Position numbers and translations under genes: made by a program
Source of the DNA: Planctomycetota bacterium
Lineage (GTDB): Bacteria; Planctomycetota; UBA11346
Assembly: GCA_038231435.1 (NCBI GenBank)
Contig: JBBRLJ010000015.1
Coordinates: 48,798 to 112,797, forward strand
Length of the DNA stretch: 64,000 bases
Reading direction: 5' to 3'
Notes under the pieces: model-generated
The model's database searches: none
What the model saw: the letters and a program-made list of their open reading frames with translations, nothing else
What the model was told of the DNA's origin: nothing
Part shown: positions 8,972 to 21,300 of the stretch, in pieces
How positions within the stretch are numbered: position 1 is the stretch's first letter
How the letters are laid out: the number at the start of each line of letters is the position of its first letter

Positions 8972-10421
8972 GCGCCGCAGTCGCCGTGGATGCCATGCCG
9001 GCCGCGCGATCGCCATCTGTCTGGCGATCGGGATGACGTTTGCGTGCGCCACCCAATGCGGCGCCGAGGACGCAGCGGATCCCGCCGCTCCCGCGTCGAG
9101 GTCCAAGGCGATGCCGGCGGCGCTCGCCGCTCCGCAGCCATGGACTTTCACCGTCGACAGCCTGGCGATGGATCTGCGCGTGTCGCTCGACCGAAGAGCT
9201 TCCGGCACTCCCAGCACTCCCAGCACTCCCGGCACGTCCGGAGAGAAGCTTCCAGTGCTGCTCCAGCCCGACCACCATCTGGTGCTGGCGACCGCGCTGC
9301 CGATGGACGTCGCGGTGCTGCGCGCCAGCAACATGGTCTTCGCGCCGATCACCACCGATACCGGCGAGCGCCTCGGGCTGCTGCTCAGGCCGGCGAACCG
9401 CACCCAGAGCTTCGCTGTGGACCACGCCTTCAACCGCGATCGGCAGCTGAAGATCACGCTCGACCTGACGCCGCCTTGGCGTCCGTGCGCGCGTCTGATC
9501 GGCCTCACCGGCGCGGTGACGCTGACGGTGGCCTCGGGCAAGCGCCGCGAGGGGGCCATGCGCGCCACCGTGGGTTCGGTGGTCCGCGCCGAGGGGATTG
9601 GCTCCGCCTCGCTCACCGAGAGCTCCGCCAAGAGCATCACCCTGGTGCTCTCGCGCGATCTCGCTGACCGCCTGTCGGGCATCTCGGCGCGCGACGCGGG
9701 CGACCAGGAGCTCCCTGGCAAGCCCAGGGAACTCACGCGCGACCTGGCGACGGTGAAGCTGGCCCTGGATGTCGCCACCGAACGCTGCGAGCGCGTCGTC
9801 GTCAGCTGGTTCCCGGATCTCGAGGATCGCCGCATCGCCGTGTCGATCCCCGCGATCGAGATCCCAGGCGGCATGCCCGGGATCGGCGCGCTGGCCGAGG
9901 CCGTCCCGGCGTTTCCGGCGTCGCCGCCAGCGTCGCCGAAGGCCCCGGTGCTGAAGCTGCCGTTGCACCTGGCGATCGTCGCCGGTGACGCCAGCGAGGT
10001 GGCGCGGCTCATCGATCACGGCGCCGACCGCGAGGCCATGGACGCCGATGGCAGACGGCCGCTGCACCGCGCGGTGGCGCTGGGCCAGGCCGAGGTCGTC
10101 CGAGCGCTCATCGAACGCAAGGTCGATGTCGATGCCCGCGCGCGAGACGGCTCGAGCGCCTTGCAGCTGGCCGCGGGCTCTATCGGCATGACCTCGGCGC
10201 TGATCGCCGCCGGAGCGAAGGTCGGCGGCGTGGCGCCGGGCAACGGCTGGACGGCGCTGCACAGCGCGGTGGCCGCCGGCGACGCGGCCTCGGTCACGGC
10301 GCTGATCGCCGCTGGCGCGGATCCTGCGGCCACCGCCAAGGACGGGCGATCGAGCCTGGACCTGGCGCGCGACCAGGGACGCTGGCGCCTGCTGCGGGCC
10401 ATGCTCGGCAACCCCGACTGA
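8961..10421 (+). CDS. Exported protein with C-terminal ankyrin repeats
   Basis: Ankyrin motifs LPLHLAIVAGD, GRRPLHRAVALGQ, GSSALQLAAG, GWTALHSAVAAGD and GRSSLDLA. Signal-like N-terminus. Confidence 0.85.
   Translation: MISERRSRRGCHAGRAIAICLAIGMTFACATQCGAEDAADPAAPASRSKAMPAALAAPQPWTFTVDSLAMDLRVSLDRRASGTPSTPSTPGTSGEKLPVLLQPDHHLVLATALPMDVAVLRASNMVFAPITTDTGERLGLLLRPANRTQSFAVDHAFNRDRQLKITLDLTPPWRPCARLIGLTGAVTLTVASGKRREGAMRATVGSVVRAEGIGSASLTESSAKSITLVLSRDLADRLSGISARDAGDQELPGKPRELTRDLATVKLALDVATERCERVVVSWFPDLEDRRIAVSIPAIEIPGGMPGIGALAEAVPAFPASPPASPKAPVLKLPLHLAIVAGDASEVARLIDHGADREAMDADGRRPLHRAVALGQAEVVRALIERKVDVDARARDGSSALQLAAGSIGMTSALIAAGAKVGGVAPGNGWTALHSAVAAGDAASVTALIAAGADPAATAKDGRSSLDLARDQGRWRLLRAMLGNPD
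9205..9235 (+). repeat. 9-bp tandem repeat (GCACTCCCA)x~3.5 encoding a TPS linker
   Basis: gcactccca gcactccca gcactcccg gcac, translating as GTPSTPSTPGT. Confidence 0.8.
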
Positions 10422-10500
10422 ATCCACGCCCACACCTATCCTCTCAATCCCACCCACTCGATTCACGTACGTCACACGACCCTCGACGGAGACTGGACCC

Positions 10501-11817
<1,317 letters not shown>

Positions 11818-11851
11818 GCCTCGCACCGCTCAACTACCGCGGAGCCGGTCC

Positions 11852-12730
11852 GTGACGCCAGGCGCCACCTACCGCTACCTGCCGCCGCACCTCGCTGATC
11901 GCCTGCACGGCACGTCGATCAGTGCGAAGCGCGCCATGGGCGGCGGCCTCCAGGGGCTGCATCGCTCCAGCCGCCATGGCGCTTCGGTCGAGTTCGCCGA
12001 GTACCGTCCGTACGTGCCCGGCGATGCGCCGTCGCTGATCGACTGGTCGGTGTATGCGCGCACCGACAAGCATCTCATCCGCCGCTTCGAGGAGGAGACC
12101 AACCTCACCGGCTTCGTGCTGCTCGACTGTTCGGCGAGCCTGGGCTGGAAGGGACGCGCGAGCCTCACCAAGCTCGAATACGCCTGCCAGCTGGCGGCGT
12201 CGCTGATGTACGTGCTGGTCAACCAGGGTGACCGCGCCGGCCTGGCCTCGTTCAGCGACCGCATCCTGCAGCGCCATGCGCCGTCCGGTTCCCCCGCCGG
12301 CCTGCGCCCGCTGCTGCTCGCGCTCGAAGGCGTTCAGGCCAGCGGCAAGGGCGACATCGCCGCCGCGCTGCACCAGGCCTGCGGCTTCCTGCCGCGGCGT
12401 TCGCTGGTGGTGGTGGTCTCGGACTTCCTCCAGCCGCCCACGCAGGTGCTCGGTGGCATCCGTCACCTGCACCACGACGGCCACGACGTGCGCGTCATGC
12501 ACGTCGTCGACCGCGCCGAGCTCACTCTGCCCGAGGGGGGGCTGGTCGAGGTCACCGATCTCGAGACCGCCGAGCGGCTCGAGGTCGATCTCGACGAGAT
12601 CCGCGAGGGCTACCGCGGATCGGTCGAAGCCCATCTCGACGAGGTGCGGCGCGGCTGCCTCGGTTGTCCGGCCGAATACCGCCTGATCGACACCGCCACG
12701 CCGATCGAAGAAGCGTTGCGGGGGATGTGA
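11852..12730 (+). CDS. DUF58 family protein
   Basis: GLHRSSRHGASVEFAEYRPYVPGD...IDWSVYARTDKHLIRRFEEETN, LDCSAS and VVSDF. Follows moxR. Confidence 0.95.
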   Translation: MTPGATYRYLPPHLADRLHGTSISAKRAMGGGLQGLHRSSRHGASVEFAEYRPYVPGDAPSLIDWSVYARTDKHLIRRFEEETNLTGFVLLDCSASLGWKGRASLTKLEYACQLAASLMYVLVNQGDRAGLASFSDRILQRHAPSGSPAGLRPLLLALEGVQASGKGDIAAALHQACGFLPRRSLVVVVSDFLQPPTQVLGGIRHLHHDGHDVRVMHVVDRAELTLPEGGLVEVTDLETAERLEVDLDEIREGYRGSVEAHLDEVRRGCLGCPAEYRLIDTATPIEEALRGM

Positions 12731-14940
12731 TGGGGGGTTTTGCGCTGCTCGGTGCGGGATGGATGTGGCTGCTGCCGTTGGCGGCGCTGCCGGTGATCTT
12801 CCATTTCGCCTACCGCCAGCGGCGCAAGAAGCTGCCGATGCCGTCCCTGCTCTTCTTCCAACGCCTGGAGCCCCGTCTGCAGTCGCGCAAGCGGCTGCGC
12901 GACATCCTGGTGCTGCTGTTGCGCGCGCTGGCGATCCTGCTGGTGCTGCTCGCGCTCGCGCGACCGCTGTGGCAGGGGCTGGGCGGCGGAGGTCCGGCGG
13001 CGGTGGTGCTGGTGGTCGACAATTCGGCGTCGATGCGCGCATCCTCGCGCGGCGCCGTGACATCGGCCACGCGCCTGGCCACCGCACTCGACGCCGCCGG
13101 CGCGCTGGTCGCGAACCTCGGCGCGCGTGATCGCGCCGGCATCGTGCTGAGCGTGCCCGACACCTGGGTGCCGGCGCTGCCCGAGCTGACGAGCGACCGC
13201 GCGCGGCTGCGCGCGGTGCTCGACCAGGTACGCGAGACCGACGCCTCGGGCGAACCCAGCGCGGCGATCACCCGCGCCGCGGCGCTACTCGCCGCCGACT
13301 CGTCGTCGCGCCGCGAGATCCACGTCTTCACCGATCTGCAGGAGCACGAATGGGGCGCGAGCCCGGCCGGTTCGCTCGAGCTGCCGCCCGGAACGGTGGT
13401 CACCGTGCACCGCATCCTCGCCGGAGAGGCGCCGGTGAACGCGACGCTCGCCGAGCTGCGGCCATCCGATCGCGCCAGCCTCGCCGGTCGCCCGAGCCAG
13501 ATGCGCGCTACGATCACCAATCCCGGCGGCAAGGACGCGGCCATCACCGTATCGGTCGCCGACGATTCGGGCCATCACCTCGCGCAGACCTCGACGGTGC
13601 CGGCGAAGGGCCGCATCGATCTCCCGGTCGCGATCCCGGCTGCCGCTCCGGGCATGCACTGGGCGCGGGTGTGGATCGATGGCGACCAGCTCGCCGGCGA
13701 TAACGACGGTTACATCGCCTTCCGCTGCGCCGCGAAGCGTTCGTTCGCGCTGGTGGGCGTGCGCAAGGATTTCGGCACCCTGCCGCTCGCGCTCGCGCCC
13801 GCGGCCGACGGCTCGCTGTCAGGGCTCGCCCCATCCTACATCGATGTCGCTGGGATGCGCGCCGCGCTGGAGGCCAAGCCTGTGCTGCTGGCGATCCCGT
13901 GGGATGTGCTGCCCGCTCTCGATCCGGCACTGCTCGAGAGCGTCCGCGCGTACGTCGACCACGGTGGCCGCCTGCTGGTGGCTCCGCGTGCCACAGCCAA
14001 TGCCAAAGGTAGTCAGCAGAATCCGCAGGCTCCACCGGCATTGCCGAGCTGGATCGGCGTCGCCGGCGCGGCGCCGGTCGGCAACGCCGCCGGCATCCCG
14101 CTGATGGCGCTGGACGCACGCGCTTCGCTGTGGCGTGATCTGGTGGGCCCCGATGGCGCGGTGCGACTCGGCCGCGCGCGCGCGTTCGTCGCCCTGCCGC
14201 TGACCTTCGATCAGGGCAACACCGGCGACAAGGGTGCGACCGGCGCGCTCGGCCTGGAGGACGGGCGGCCGATCATCGCTGAACGTACGCTCGGCGCCGG
14301 CGTGATCTATGTCTCGGGCATCGCCTTCGCTCCGAGCTGGAGCACCTTGCCGCTGCAGCCCGGATTCCTGGCCATCGCCCAGGCCATGGCGCTGCCGCCG
14401 GCGGGCTCTGATGCTGGCCTGCGCCTGCTCGCCGGCGAGGCGCCGCGGCTGCCCGCCGGCACCGTTACCGGGCCCGCGCGCGCGCGGTCGGTGGCGGGCG
14501 CGGCCTTCGACTGGCAGGGCGCCTCGGATGCGCCGGGCGGATTGCCGCCGTTCCCGCGCGCCGGCGTGTACGCGCTCTCGATCGGCGATCAGGAATTCGT
14601 GGTGTCGGTGCGCGCCTCTCCCGGCGAGGGCCTGCCCGGCTGCGTCGCTGGCGACACGGCACCGGCGCTCGGCGCGCTGCGCCACCGCGTCGAGGATTTC
14701 CATGGCGGCGATGACATGGTCGCGGCCTGGCGGCGCGGCCGCACCGGGCTCGAGGCGATGCCGTGGCTCCTGGCGCTGGCGTTTGCGGCGGTGCTCGCCG
14801 AGGGCTGGCTCGCCAACCGCTCGCTGGTGCGGCCGCGCGCGGTCCAGTCATCCAGCGTTGGCATGCCCGCCGGTGCTGCCGGAGGCCTTGGCGGGGGTGC
14901 GGACGGCAAGCCCGGCAGCGACAAGGGCAGAGCCGCATGA
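12730..14940 (+). CDS. BatA-domain / VWA membrane-anchored protein
   Basis: BatA N-terminus LAALPVIFHF..RQRRKKLPMPSLLFF...LLLRALAILLVLLALARP. MIDAS DNSAS and FTDLQ. C-terminal TM PWLLALAFAAVLAEGWL. Confidence 0.9.
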   Translation: MGGFALLGAGWMWLLPLAALPVIFHFAYRQRRKKLPMPSLLFFQRLEPRLQSRKRLRDILVLLLRALAILLVLLALARPLWQGLGGGGPAAVVLVVDNSASMRASSRGAVTSATRLATALDAAGALVANLGARDRAGIVLSVPDTWVPALPELTSDRARLRAVLDQVRETDASGEPSAAITRAAALLAADSSSRREIHVFTDLQEHEWGASPAGSLELPPGTVVTVHRILAGEAPVNATLAELRPSDRASLAGRPSQMRATITNPGGKDAAITVSVADDSGHHLAQTSTVPAKGRIDLPVAIPAAAPGMHWARVWIDGDQLAGDNDGYIAFRCAAKRSFALVGVRKDFGTLPLALAPAADGSLSGLAPSYIDVAGMRAALEAKPVLLAIPWDVLPALDPALLESVRAYVDHGGRLLVAPRATANAKGSQQNPQAPPALPSWIGVAGAAPVGNAAGIPLMALDARASLWRDLVGPDGAVRLGRARAFVALPLTFDQGNTGDKGATGALGLEDGRPIIAERTLGAGVIYVSGIAFAPSWSTLPLQPGFLAIAQAMALPPAGSDAGLRLLAGEAPRLPAGTVTGPARARSVAGAAFDWQGASDAPGGLPPFPRAGVYALSIGDQEFVVSVRASPGEGLPGCVAGDTAPALGALRHRVEDFHGGDDMVAAWRRGRTGLEAMPWLLALAFAAVLAEGWLANRSLVRPRAVQSSSVGMPAGAAGGLGGGADGKPGSDKGRAA

Positions 14941-17195
14941 GCATCCCCCTGGTCTGGCAGCCGCACGCGCCGGCATTGGCGATCGCCGCGCTGGCAATAG
15001 CGGCGGTGGTGTGGGTGTTCATGCTCACCCGCGTGCTGCGCCACCGCTGGGACGCGCGCGAGACCTGGTGGCTGCTCGCGCCGAAGTGCGCGGTGCTGGC
15101 CCTGCTGCTGGTCGCCCTCCTGGATCCGGCCTTCGAGCACGAGGACGCGTCGGGCGCGTCGCGCTCGCTGCTGGTGCTCATCGACCAGTCGAGCTCGATG
15201 GACGTCAAGGACGGTGCCGGCGGCGCGAGCAGGCGCGAGCGCGCCGAGCGCATCGCCCAGACCCTGCGTCCGCCCAAGGGCGTGACCATGACCACGCGCT
15301 GGTTCGACAGCGCCCTGCATGACCAGCCATCCGCGTCGGCGGCTGCGCCCGTTTCCGGCGAGCGCGGCACCGATCTCGGCGCCTGCTTGCAGGCGGCCGC
15401 GCGCGAGGCCGCCGCCGGCAACTGCGTCGGCGTGGTGGTGGTCAGCGATGGAGGCGACGAGTCGATCGCCACCGAGGGCATGCCCTCGGCGCCGATCTCG
15501 GCGATCGGCATCGGCGCGGATCCGGCGCTGTGGAAGGATCTGGCAATCGCCGATCTGCAGGCTCCGGCGATAGTCGAGCGCGACATCGATTTCGAGATCT
15601 CGGCCGATCTCGCGGCCACCGGTGACGAGGCCTTCCTTGGAGGCCTGTCGGCGGTGCCGGCAGTGCTCGAACTGCGCGTGCGTGCCCCTGACCCGAGCAA
15701 GGGCGCCGACAATGACCCTGGCGCGGGGACGTGGCGGGAAGTCGAGCGCAAGAACCTCGACCTGCGCCACGGTCGCGCGCGCGCGTCGTTCCGCCTCAAG
15801 GCCAGCGATCCCGGTTCCGCGCGCTACCGCGTCGGCGTCGCCGCCATTCCCGGCGAGCTGTCCATCTTGAACAACCGCCGCGAGGCCGCCGTCGACGTGC
15901 AGGAGCGCGCGCTGCACGTGCTGTACTTCACGCGTTCGATCGGGCTGGATTTCAAGTCGATGCGCTCGGAGCTGGCGCGCGATTCGGGCATCAGCTTCAC
16001 TGCGCTCTACCGCACCGTGAGCGGACGCCTGTCGTCCTCGGGCGGCGAGCGCTTCACCGTGCAGGGCGACCGCATCGCCGGCGACGACGATCTCGGCGCC
16101 GGCTTTCCCAAGGAGGCCAAAGCCCTCGCCCGCTACGACTGCGTGGTGCTGGGCTCGTTCGCAGCCAACAGCTGGAACGAGACCGAGCAGCGGCTGCTCG
16201 CCGACTACGTGGCGAACGGCGGCTCGGCGGTGTTCCTCGGCGGCGAGGAGTCCTTCGGCGCCGGCGGCTACGCCGCGTCTCCGTTGGCTCCCCTGATGCC
16301 GTGGCAGCTGAGCGACGGCGAGCCGGCGATGGCGCGCGGCGACTTTCCCGTGAACGTGCCGCCTGCCGCCGCCGCCAGCGCGGTGGTGCAGGGGATCGGC
16401 GAGCTGCTCGGCCAGGCCGCGGCGGTGGCGAGTCTCAACCAGCCAGGTCCGCTGCGCGGAGGCGCCACCGCGCTGATGCAGGCCTCGAGCGGCAACACCA
16501 CCGTCGCGCTGGTAGCGGCCCAGCCGTACGGCAAGGGCAAGGTCATCGGCATCGCCAGCGATACGCTGTGGCGGTTGGCGCGTTCAGGTCGTAGCGGCGA
16601 CAGCGCCTACGGCCTGCTGTGGCGCCAGGCGGTGCGTTGGCTGGCGGATCGCGGTGAGGGTGGCCGCGTGCTGCGCGTGTCCTGGGACAAGGCCCGCTAC
16701 CGCCCGGGGGAGATCGCGCAGGCCACCGTGCGCGTGACCGCGCCGGGTGCGAAGGTGCGCCTGTCGGCGTCGCTCGAGCTGGGGGCCACGCGCTCGGACC
16801 TCACGGTATCGCCCGCCGCCGGACAGGCCGATGCGTGGACGGTGTCGGCGCCGTTCGGCGCGCGCGGCGACTACCGCGTGCGCATCGTCGCCTACCAGGC
16901 AGACGCCACGCTCGAGAGCTATGAGAAGGCTCTCGAGGTTGCGCCGCTCCTGCCCGAGGGCGCGCGTCTCGCTCGCGACGATGCCGGACTCAAGCAGCTC
17001 GCCGAAGCCCACGGCGGCGTCTACGCGGGCGAGGAGGCGACCGGCGCGATCGAGCCCTGGATCGCCTCGCTGGCGCGCGCGCGGGGGGTGGTCGCTGCGA
17101 AATCGCTGGTGTTCTCGACGCCCGGTTGGCTGATCTTGCTGCTAACCGCACTCGTGCTGGAGTGGACGATTCGGCGGCGGAGGAATCTGCTATGA
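14937..17195 (+). CDS. VWA + class I glutamine-amidotransferase-like (DUF1355-type) membrane protein
   Basis: Two N-terminal TMs. MIDAS DQSSS and VSDGG. GATase-like segment YDCVVLG...LADYVANGGSAVFLGGEESFGAGGY. C-terminal TM LEWTIRRRRNLL. ATGA overlap with the upstream gene. Confidence 0.88.
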   Translation: MSIPLVWQPHAPALAIAALAIAAVVWVFMLTRVLRHRWDARETWWLLAPKCAVLALLLVALLDPAFEHEDASGASRSLLVLIDQSSSMDVKDGAGGASRRERAERIAQTLRPPKGVTMTTRWFDSALHDQPSASAAAPVSGERGTDLGACLQAAAREAAAGNCVGVVVVSDGGDESIATEGMPSAPISAIGIGADPALWKDLAIADLQAPAIVERDIDFEISADLAATGDEAFLGGLSAVPAVLELRVRAPDPSKGADNDPGAGTWREVERKNLDLRHGRARASFRLKASDPGSARYRVGVAAIPGELSILNNRREAAVDVQERALHVLYFTRSIGLDFKSMRSELARDSGISFTALYRTVSGRLSSSGGERFTVQGDRIAGDDDLGAGFPKEAKALARYDCVVLGSFAANSWNETEQRLLADYVANGGSAVFLGGEESFGAGGYAASPLAPLMPWQLSDGEPAMARGDFPVNVPPAAAASAVVQGIGELLGQAAAVASLNQPGPLRGGATALMQASSGNTTVALVAAQPYGKGKVIGIASDTLWRLARSGRSGDSAYGLLWRQAVRWLADRGEGGRVLRVSWDKARYRPGEIAQATVRVTAPGAKVRLSASLELGATRSDLTVSPAAGQADAWTVSAPFGARGDYRVRIVAYQADATLESYEKALEVAPLLPEGARLARDDAGLKQLAEAHGGVYAGEEATGAIEPWIASLARARGVVAAKSLVFSTPGWLILLLTALVLEWTIRRRRNLL

Positions 17196-18364
17196 GGACT
17201 ACATGTGGCGTGCGGTGTGCGGCGTGCGGCGTGCGGCGGACGCTGGTCCGGGCCGCGAACGTCGTGGCGTGGATACTGCTATTCATCATGTCGCCGCCAT
17301 CGCCATCGTGCCAGGCCGCGGAGGGCGCTGATCCCGCCGCCACCGTGGCTCCGGAGTCTCCGGCGAAGGCGAGCGGGTGCGTGCAGTATTCCGACGGCAC
17401 GGTGGTCGAGGGCACGGTGGCCCTCACCCAGGCGGTGCAGGTGCACGATGGCAAGACCAATCGCGACATCCCGGCGGCGCAGGTGCGCGAGATCCGCCTA
17501 AGCCCGGAGAGCGAGGAGATGGTGCGGCAGTGGCGCTTCATCGAGCCCGGCCAGCCGAAGAAGGAATACATCGGCGAGCCCTATCCCGTCCGCCATCTGG
17601 TGGCGACGGTGATCACCATGGCCGGCGAAGAGCTCACGGGCCACCTCTACACCACGGTGGTCTACGTCAGCCCCGCCGATCGGCCTGACGATCGCGATCG
17701 CCTGGTGCTGCCGGCGAAGCAGCAAGGCAAGCCCGGCGACACCCTGGCGGCGGTGGTCTATCCGGTGCGCATCGCCATCAGCCATGCGCTGGACGCCGCG
17801 GCCGAGGCATCCGGCACCACCCTGCGCCTGCGTGGCGGAAACGCGGTGGCCAAACCCGAGGTGGTGCTGATCGCCCGCGAATCGCTCGCGCGCACCGAGG
17901 CGGCGCCCCTGGTCGACGCCGGATCGTACCGGCTCGCCGCTCCGGTCTCGCCGCCGATCTTCCTCGCCGCGCGCGCTGGAGCCGCCATCGAGGTGGCGTG
18001 GCCGGCGGCCGCCGACCCGGCCGTCGCCAAGCTGGTCGCCGGCGCGGTCACCGACGCCCAGGATTTCCTCGACCAGCGCACCGTGCTGGGGACGCTCGCG
18101 GATGGTGAGGAACAGGTCTACGCGCTGCTGATGCTGCGCCGTGTCGGGCCGACCACCCTGGAGGGGGATAAGAAGCCCTGGCGGCTGGAAGTATGGCGCT
18201 GGAAACGGGATCCGGCGAGCGATCGGCTGCTGTGGGCGGGGCGGAGCTACTTCTTCCGCGGCAACGTCGCCAACGGGGCGGACCTGCCGAGCGTACATGT
18301 GAACCAGGCCTGGTGGACGCAGAAGGCGTCTGCGGGCACATGCGAGGTGGGCGATGAGCGCTGA
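17192..18364 (+). CDS. Exported hypothetical protein (start uncertain, possibly 17264 or 17288)
   Basis: In-operon ORF overlapping both neighbours, with a signal-like VVAWILLFIMS segment. No family recognised. Confidence 0.7.
   Translation: MRTTCGVRCAACGVRRTLVRAANVVAWILLFIMSPPSPSCQAAEGADPAATVAPESPAKASGCVQYSDGTVVEGTVALTQAVQVHDGKTNRDIPAAQVREIRLSPESEEMVRQWRFIEPGQPKKEYIGEPYPVRHLVATVITMAGEELTGHLYTTVVYVSPADRPDDRDRLVLPAKQQGKPGDTLAAVVYPVRIAISHALDAAAEASGTTLRLRGGNAVAKPEVVLIARESLARTEAAPLVDAGSYRLAAPVSPPIFLAARAGAAIEVAWPAAADPAVAKLVAGAVTDAQDFLDQRTVLGTLADGEEQVYALLMLRRVGPTTLEGDKKPWRLEVWRWKRDPASDRLLWAGRSYFFRGNVANGADLPSVHVNQAWWTQKASAGTCEVGDER
17207..17238. repeat. Heptamer tandem repeat (GGCGTGC)x~4.5
   Basis: ggcgtgc ggtgtgc ggcgtgc ggcgtgc ggcg. 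Confidence 0.75.
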
Positions 18365-21300
18365 ACCATTGGTCGATCAGCAGGTGCGGCGCGAACTGCG
18401 CCGCGTCGGCAGCCGCATGAAGTGGTCGCGACTCGCGTTCGGCGTGTGCTGGTGGCTCGCCATCGTCGGCATGCTGTGCATGGCGCTGTTCCTGCTCGAC
18501 AACCTCCTGCACCTGCCCGCGGCCCTGCGCCTACTCGCGACCCTGGCCGCGATCGCCGTGGCGGCGCGAGAATTCGTCCGCCGCATCGCCGTGCCAGCGC
18601 TCGAACGCATGAGCCCCGAGCGCGCCGCGCGCACCATCGAGAGCCATACCGGTCGCGCCGACAACCTGCTGATCAACGCCTGCCAGTTCGAAGGCGCCGC
18701 GCTCGCCGAGCACGAGAAGTCGCTGGTCTCATCCTCGCTGCAGGGGGCGCGCCTGATCGTGCGCGCGGTGCCGCTGTCGAGCCTGTGCGGACTCAAGCGC
18801 CTCGCCGCGTGGGCGGCCCTGGCTGCCGTCGTCGGCGCCGGTTGGGTCGCCTACCACGCCGCATCTCCCGACAAGCTCAGCAACGCGTTCCAGCGCTTCG
18901 CCCTGCCCTTGGGCGACGTGCCGCCGGTGGGGTCGGTGGCCCTCACTCTGGAGCCCGGCCATGACGTGGTGGTTGCCGAGGGATCGGACGTGGTGGTGTC
19001 GGTGCTCGCGCGCTCGGCCGCCACCCCGCCCGCGCCATCCCTGGTGTGGAGCGAATCCGCGCGCGCGGTCGCTGCCGAGGCGCCGCTCGGCGAGACCGTC
19101 ACGCTCGCCGCTGACGCCGAGCATGGCGCGGGGGCATACGTCGCGCGCTTCGCCGCCGTCCGCCGCTCGTTCGCGTTCCGAGTCTTCTGCGCCGACAGCT
19201 GCACCCGCTCGGTGCGCGTCACCGTCGCACCGCAGCCGCGGCTGACCGCGGCGTCGTTCACCGTGACGCCGCCGGCGTACATCGGCGGCAAGCCCGCGGC
19301 CATGCCCGGTCCGCCCGCCACACTGACGGTGCTTGCCGGGTCGCGCGTCGAGTTCAGCGCCACCGTCGCGCCCCAGGTCGAGTCGCTCGCCTGGCGCCTG
19401 GGCGAGGCCCAGGGCGCGTGCCGCCGCGAGGGCGAGCGCTGGCTGGTGGCGGCGACGATCAGCGAGGCGACGCCCTACGAGGTGGTCACCGGCGGATCCG
19501 CGGGAGTGAAGGACCCGACCGGGATCGTCATCAGCCGTGGAGCGGTGCAGCTCCAAGCGGATGCGCCCCCGGTGGTCGAACTCGCCGGCGCCGACGCCAA
19601 CCAGCTGCTGCTGCCGGGCGCGATGCTCGCCTTGCGCATCCAGTCGAGCGACGACCACGGCCTGCGCGAAGTCGGGCTCGCCGCGCGCGATAGCTCCGGC
19701 GGCGATCCCTGGCACGTGAAGGACTGGCGCTACATCGGCCCACCGGGGCCGACGACTTCCGACGAGCGTTTCGAGCTGACGCTCGATCCGGCGCGCTTCC
19801 TCCCCGGCCACAGCTACGTGCTCGAGGCCCAGGCCGGCGATTGGGCGCCGCGCGGCCAGCTCGGCCGCTCGAAGCCGGTGGTGCTGCGCATCAAGGCCCT
19901 CGGCGACATCAGCGCGGCCGATCCGGCCGAGAGCGAAGCCGTGAACGCGCTGAAGGATGCGATCGCCCACCAGCGCGAAGCCGCGGGCCAGACCGACAAC
20001 CTGATCGCCGATCTCGCCGACGCGCTCGCGCACCAGCGTCTGCCGCAGCACCGCGATGCCATCGCGGCCAAGCAGGGCCAGGCCCAGGGCGACGGCCGCA
20101 AAGCGCGCGACGAGTTCGCGAAGCACCACGACGACGCGATCGCTCGCCAGCTGAATTCGCTGGTCGAGGGCGAGATGGGCCTGGTGCTCGCGCAGCTCGC
20201 GGCGCTGGACGCGGTCGCGGCGAAGGCGCAGGACAAGCTGCCCGCGAAGCTCGCCGCCGCGCGCGACCGCCAGCAGTTCATCCTCTCGGGCCTGATCGCG
20301 CTGCTGGGCGAGGCGGTGTCGCGTGAGCAGGACCGCAAGAAAACCAAGGTCGCGGGCAAGGACGATCCCGACGCGCTGCCCACCAACACCCGCGACGCGA
20401 TCAAATCCGATATCGACGATCTCAAGGATTTCCTGCGTGAGCAGAACCGCATCGTCGCCAAGAGCCGCTCGCTCATGGACGGCAAGCCGCTCGACCTGAG
20501 CGACGACAAGGCCGAGATCCTCGGCGAGCTGGCGCGCGAAGAGGCCAAGCAGGCCAAGTTCCTCGAGGAGAAGCTCACCGACTTCAGCAAGCTGCCGAAG
20601 CAGGACTTCGCCGACTCGTCGCTGGCCCAGGAGTTCAACGAGGTCTGGCAGGAGGTCAGCAAGGCCGACGAGGCGCTCTACAAGCAGGCGGTCGAGCTGG
20701 CGGTGCCGCACGAGCAGTCGGGTCTCGAACTCGCAAAGGAGCTCGAGAACAACCTCGAGCGCTGGCTCTCATCGCATAAGGACAACATGCAGTGGAAGAT
20801 GGAGGAGGCGCTGCAGCCCGCCGATGTGCCGGTGTCCGAGCTGCCCAAGGAGCTCGAGGACATCGTCGGGGAGCTGCTCGACAAGGAGGAGGAGATGCAG
20901 GCCGACGTCGAGGACTTCTCGAGCGCCTGGATGGACAACATCGACAAGGGCGCTGGCTGGGATGCCGGCGACGGCCCGATCTCGGACATGAGCGCCAAAG
21001 GCGTCACCGGCAACCTGCTGCCCAACCAGAACGAGGTCTCGGGCCGCTCGGGCGAGGGCCGCACCGGCAAGAGCCACGGCCAGATGGTCGAGGAGACCGC
21101 CTCGGGGAAGGGCGGCCGTGAGACGCCGTCGCGGCTCGATCCCGGTCCGTTCGAGCAGGGCAGCGTCAAGGATACCGCCAAGGACGACCAGGGCGGGCCG
21201 ACCGGCGGCGGCAAGGTATCGGGCTACGCGGCCGAGGGCCTGCGCGGACCGGTACCTCCGCCCCTGCAGGCGCAGATGGCGCGGCTCGCCGGAGCGCAGG

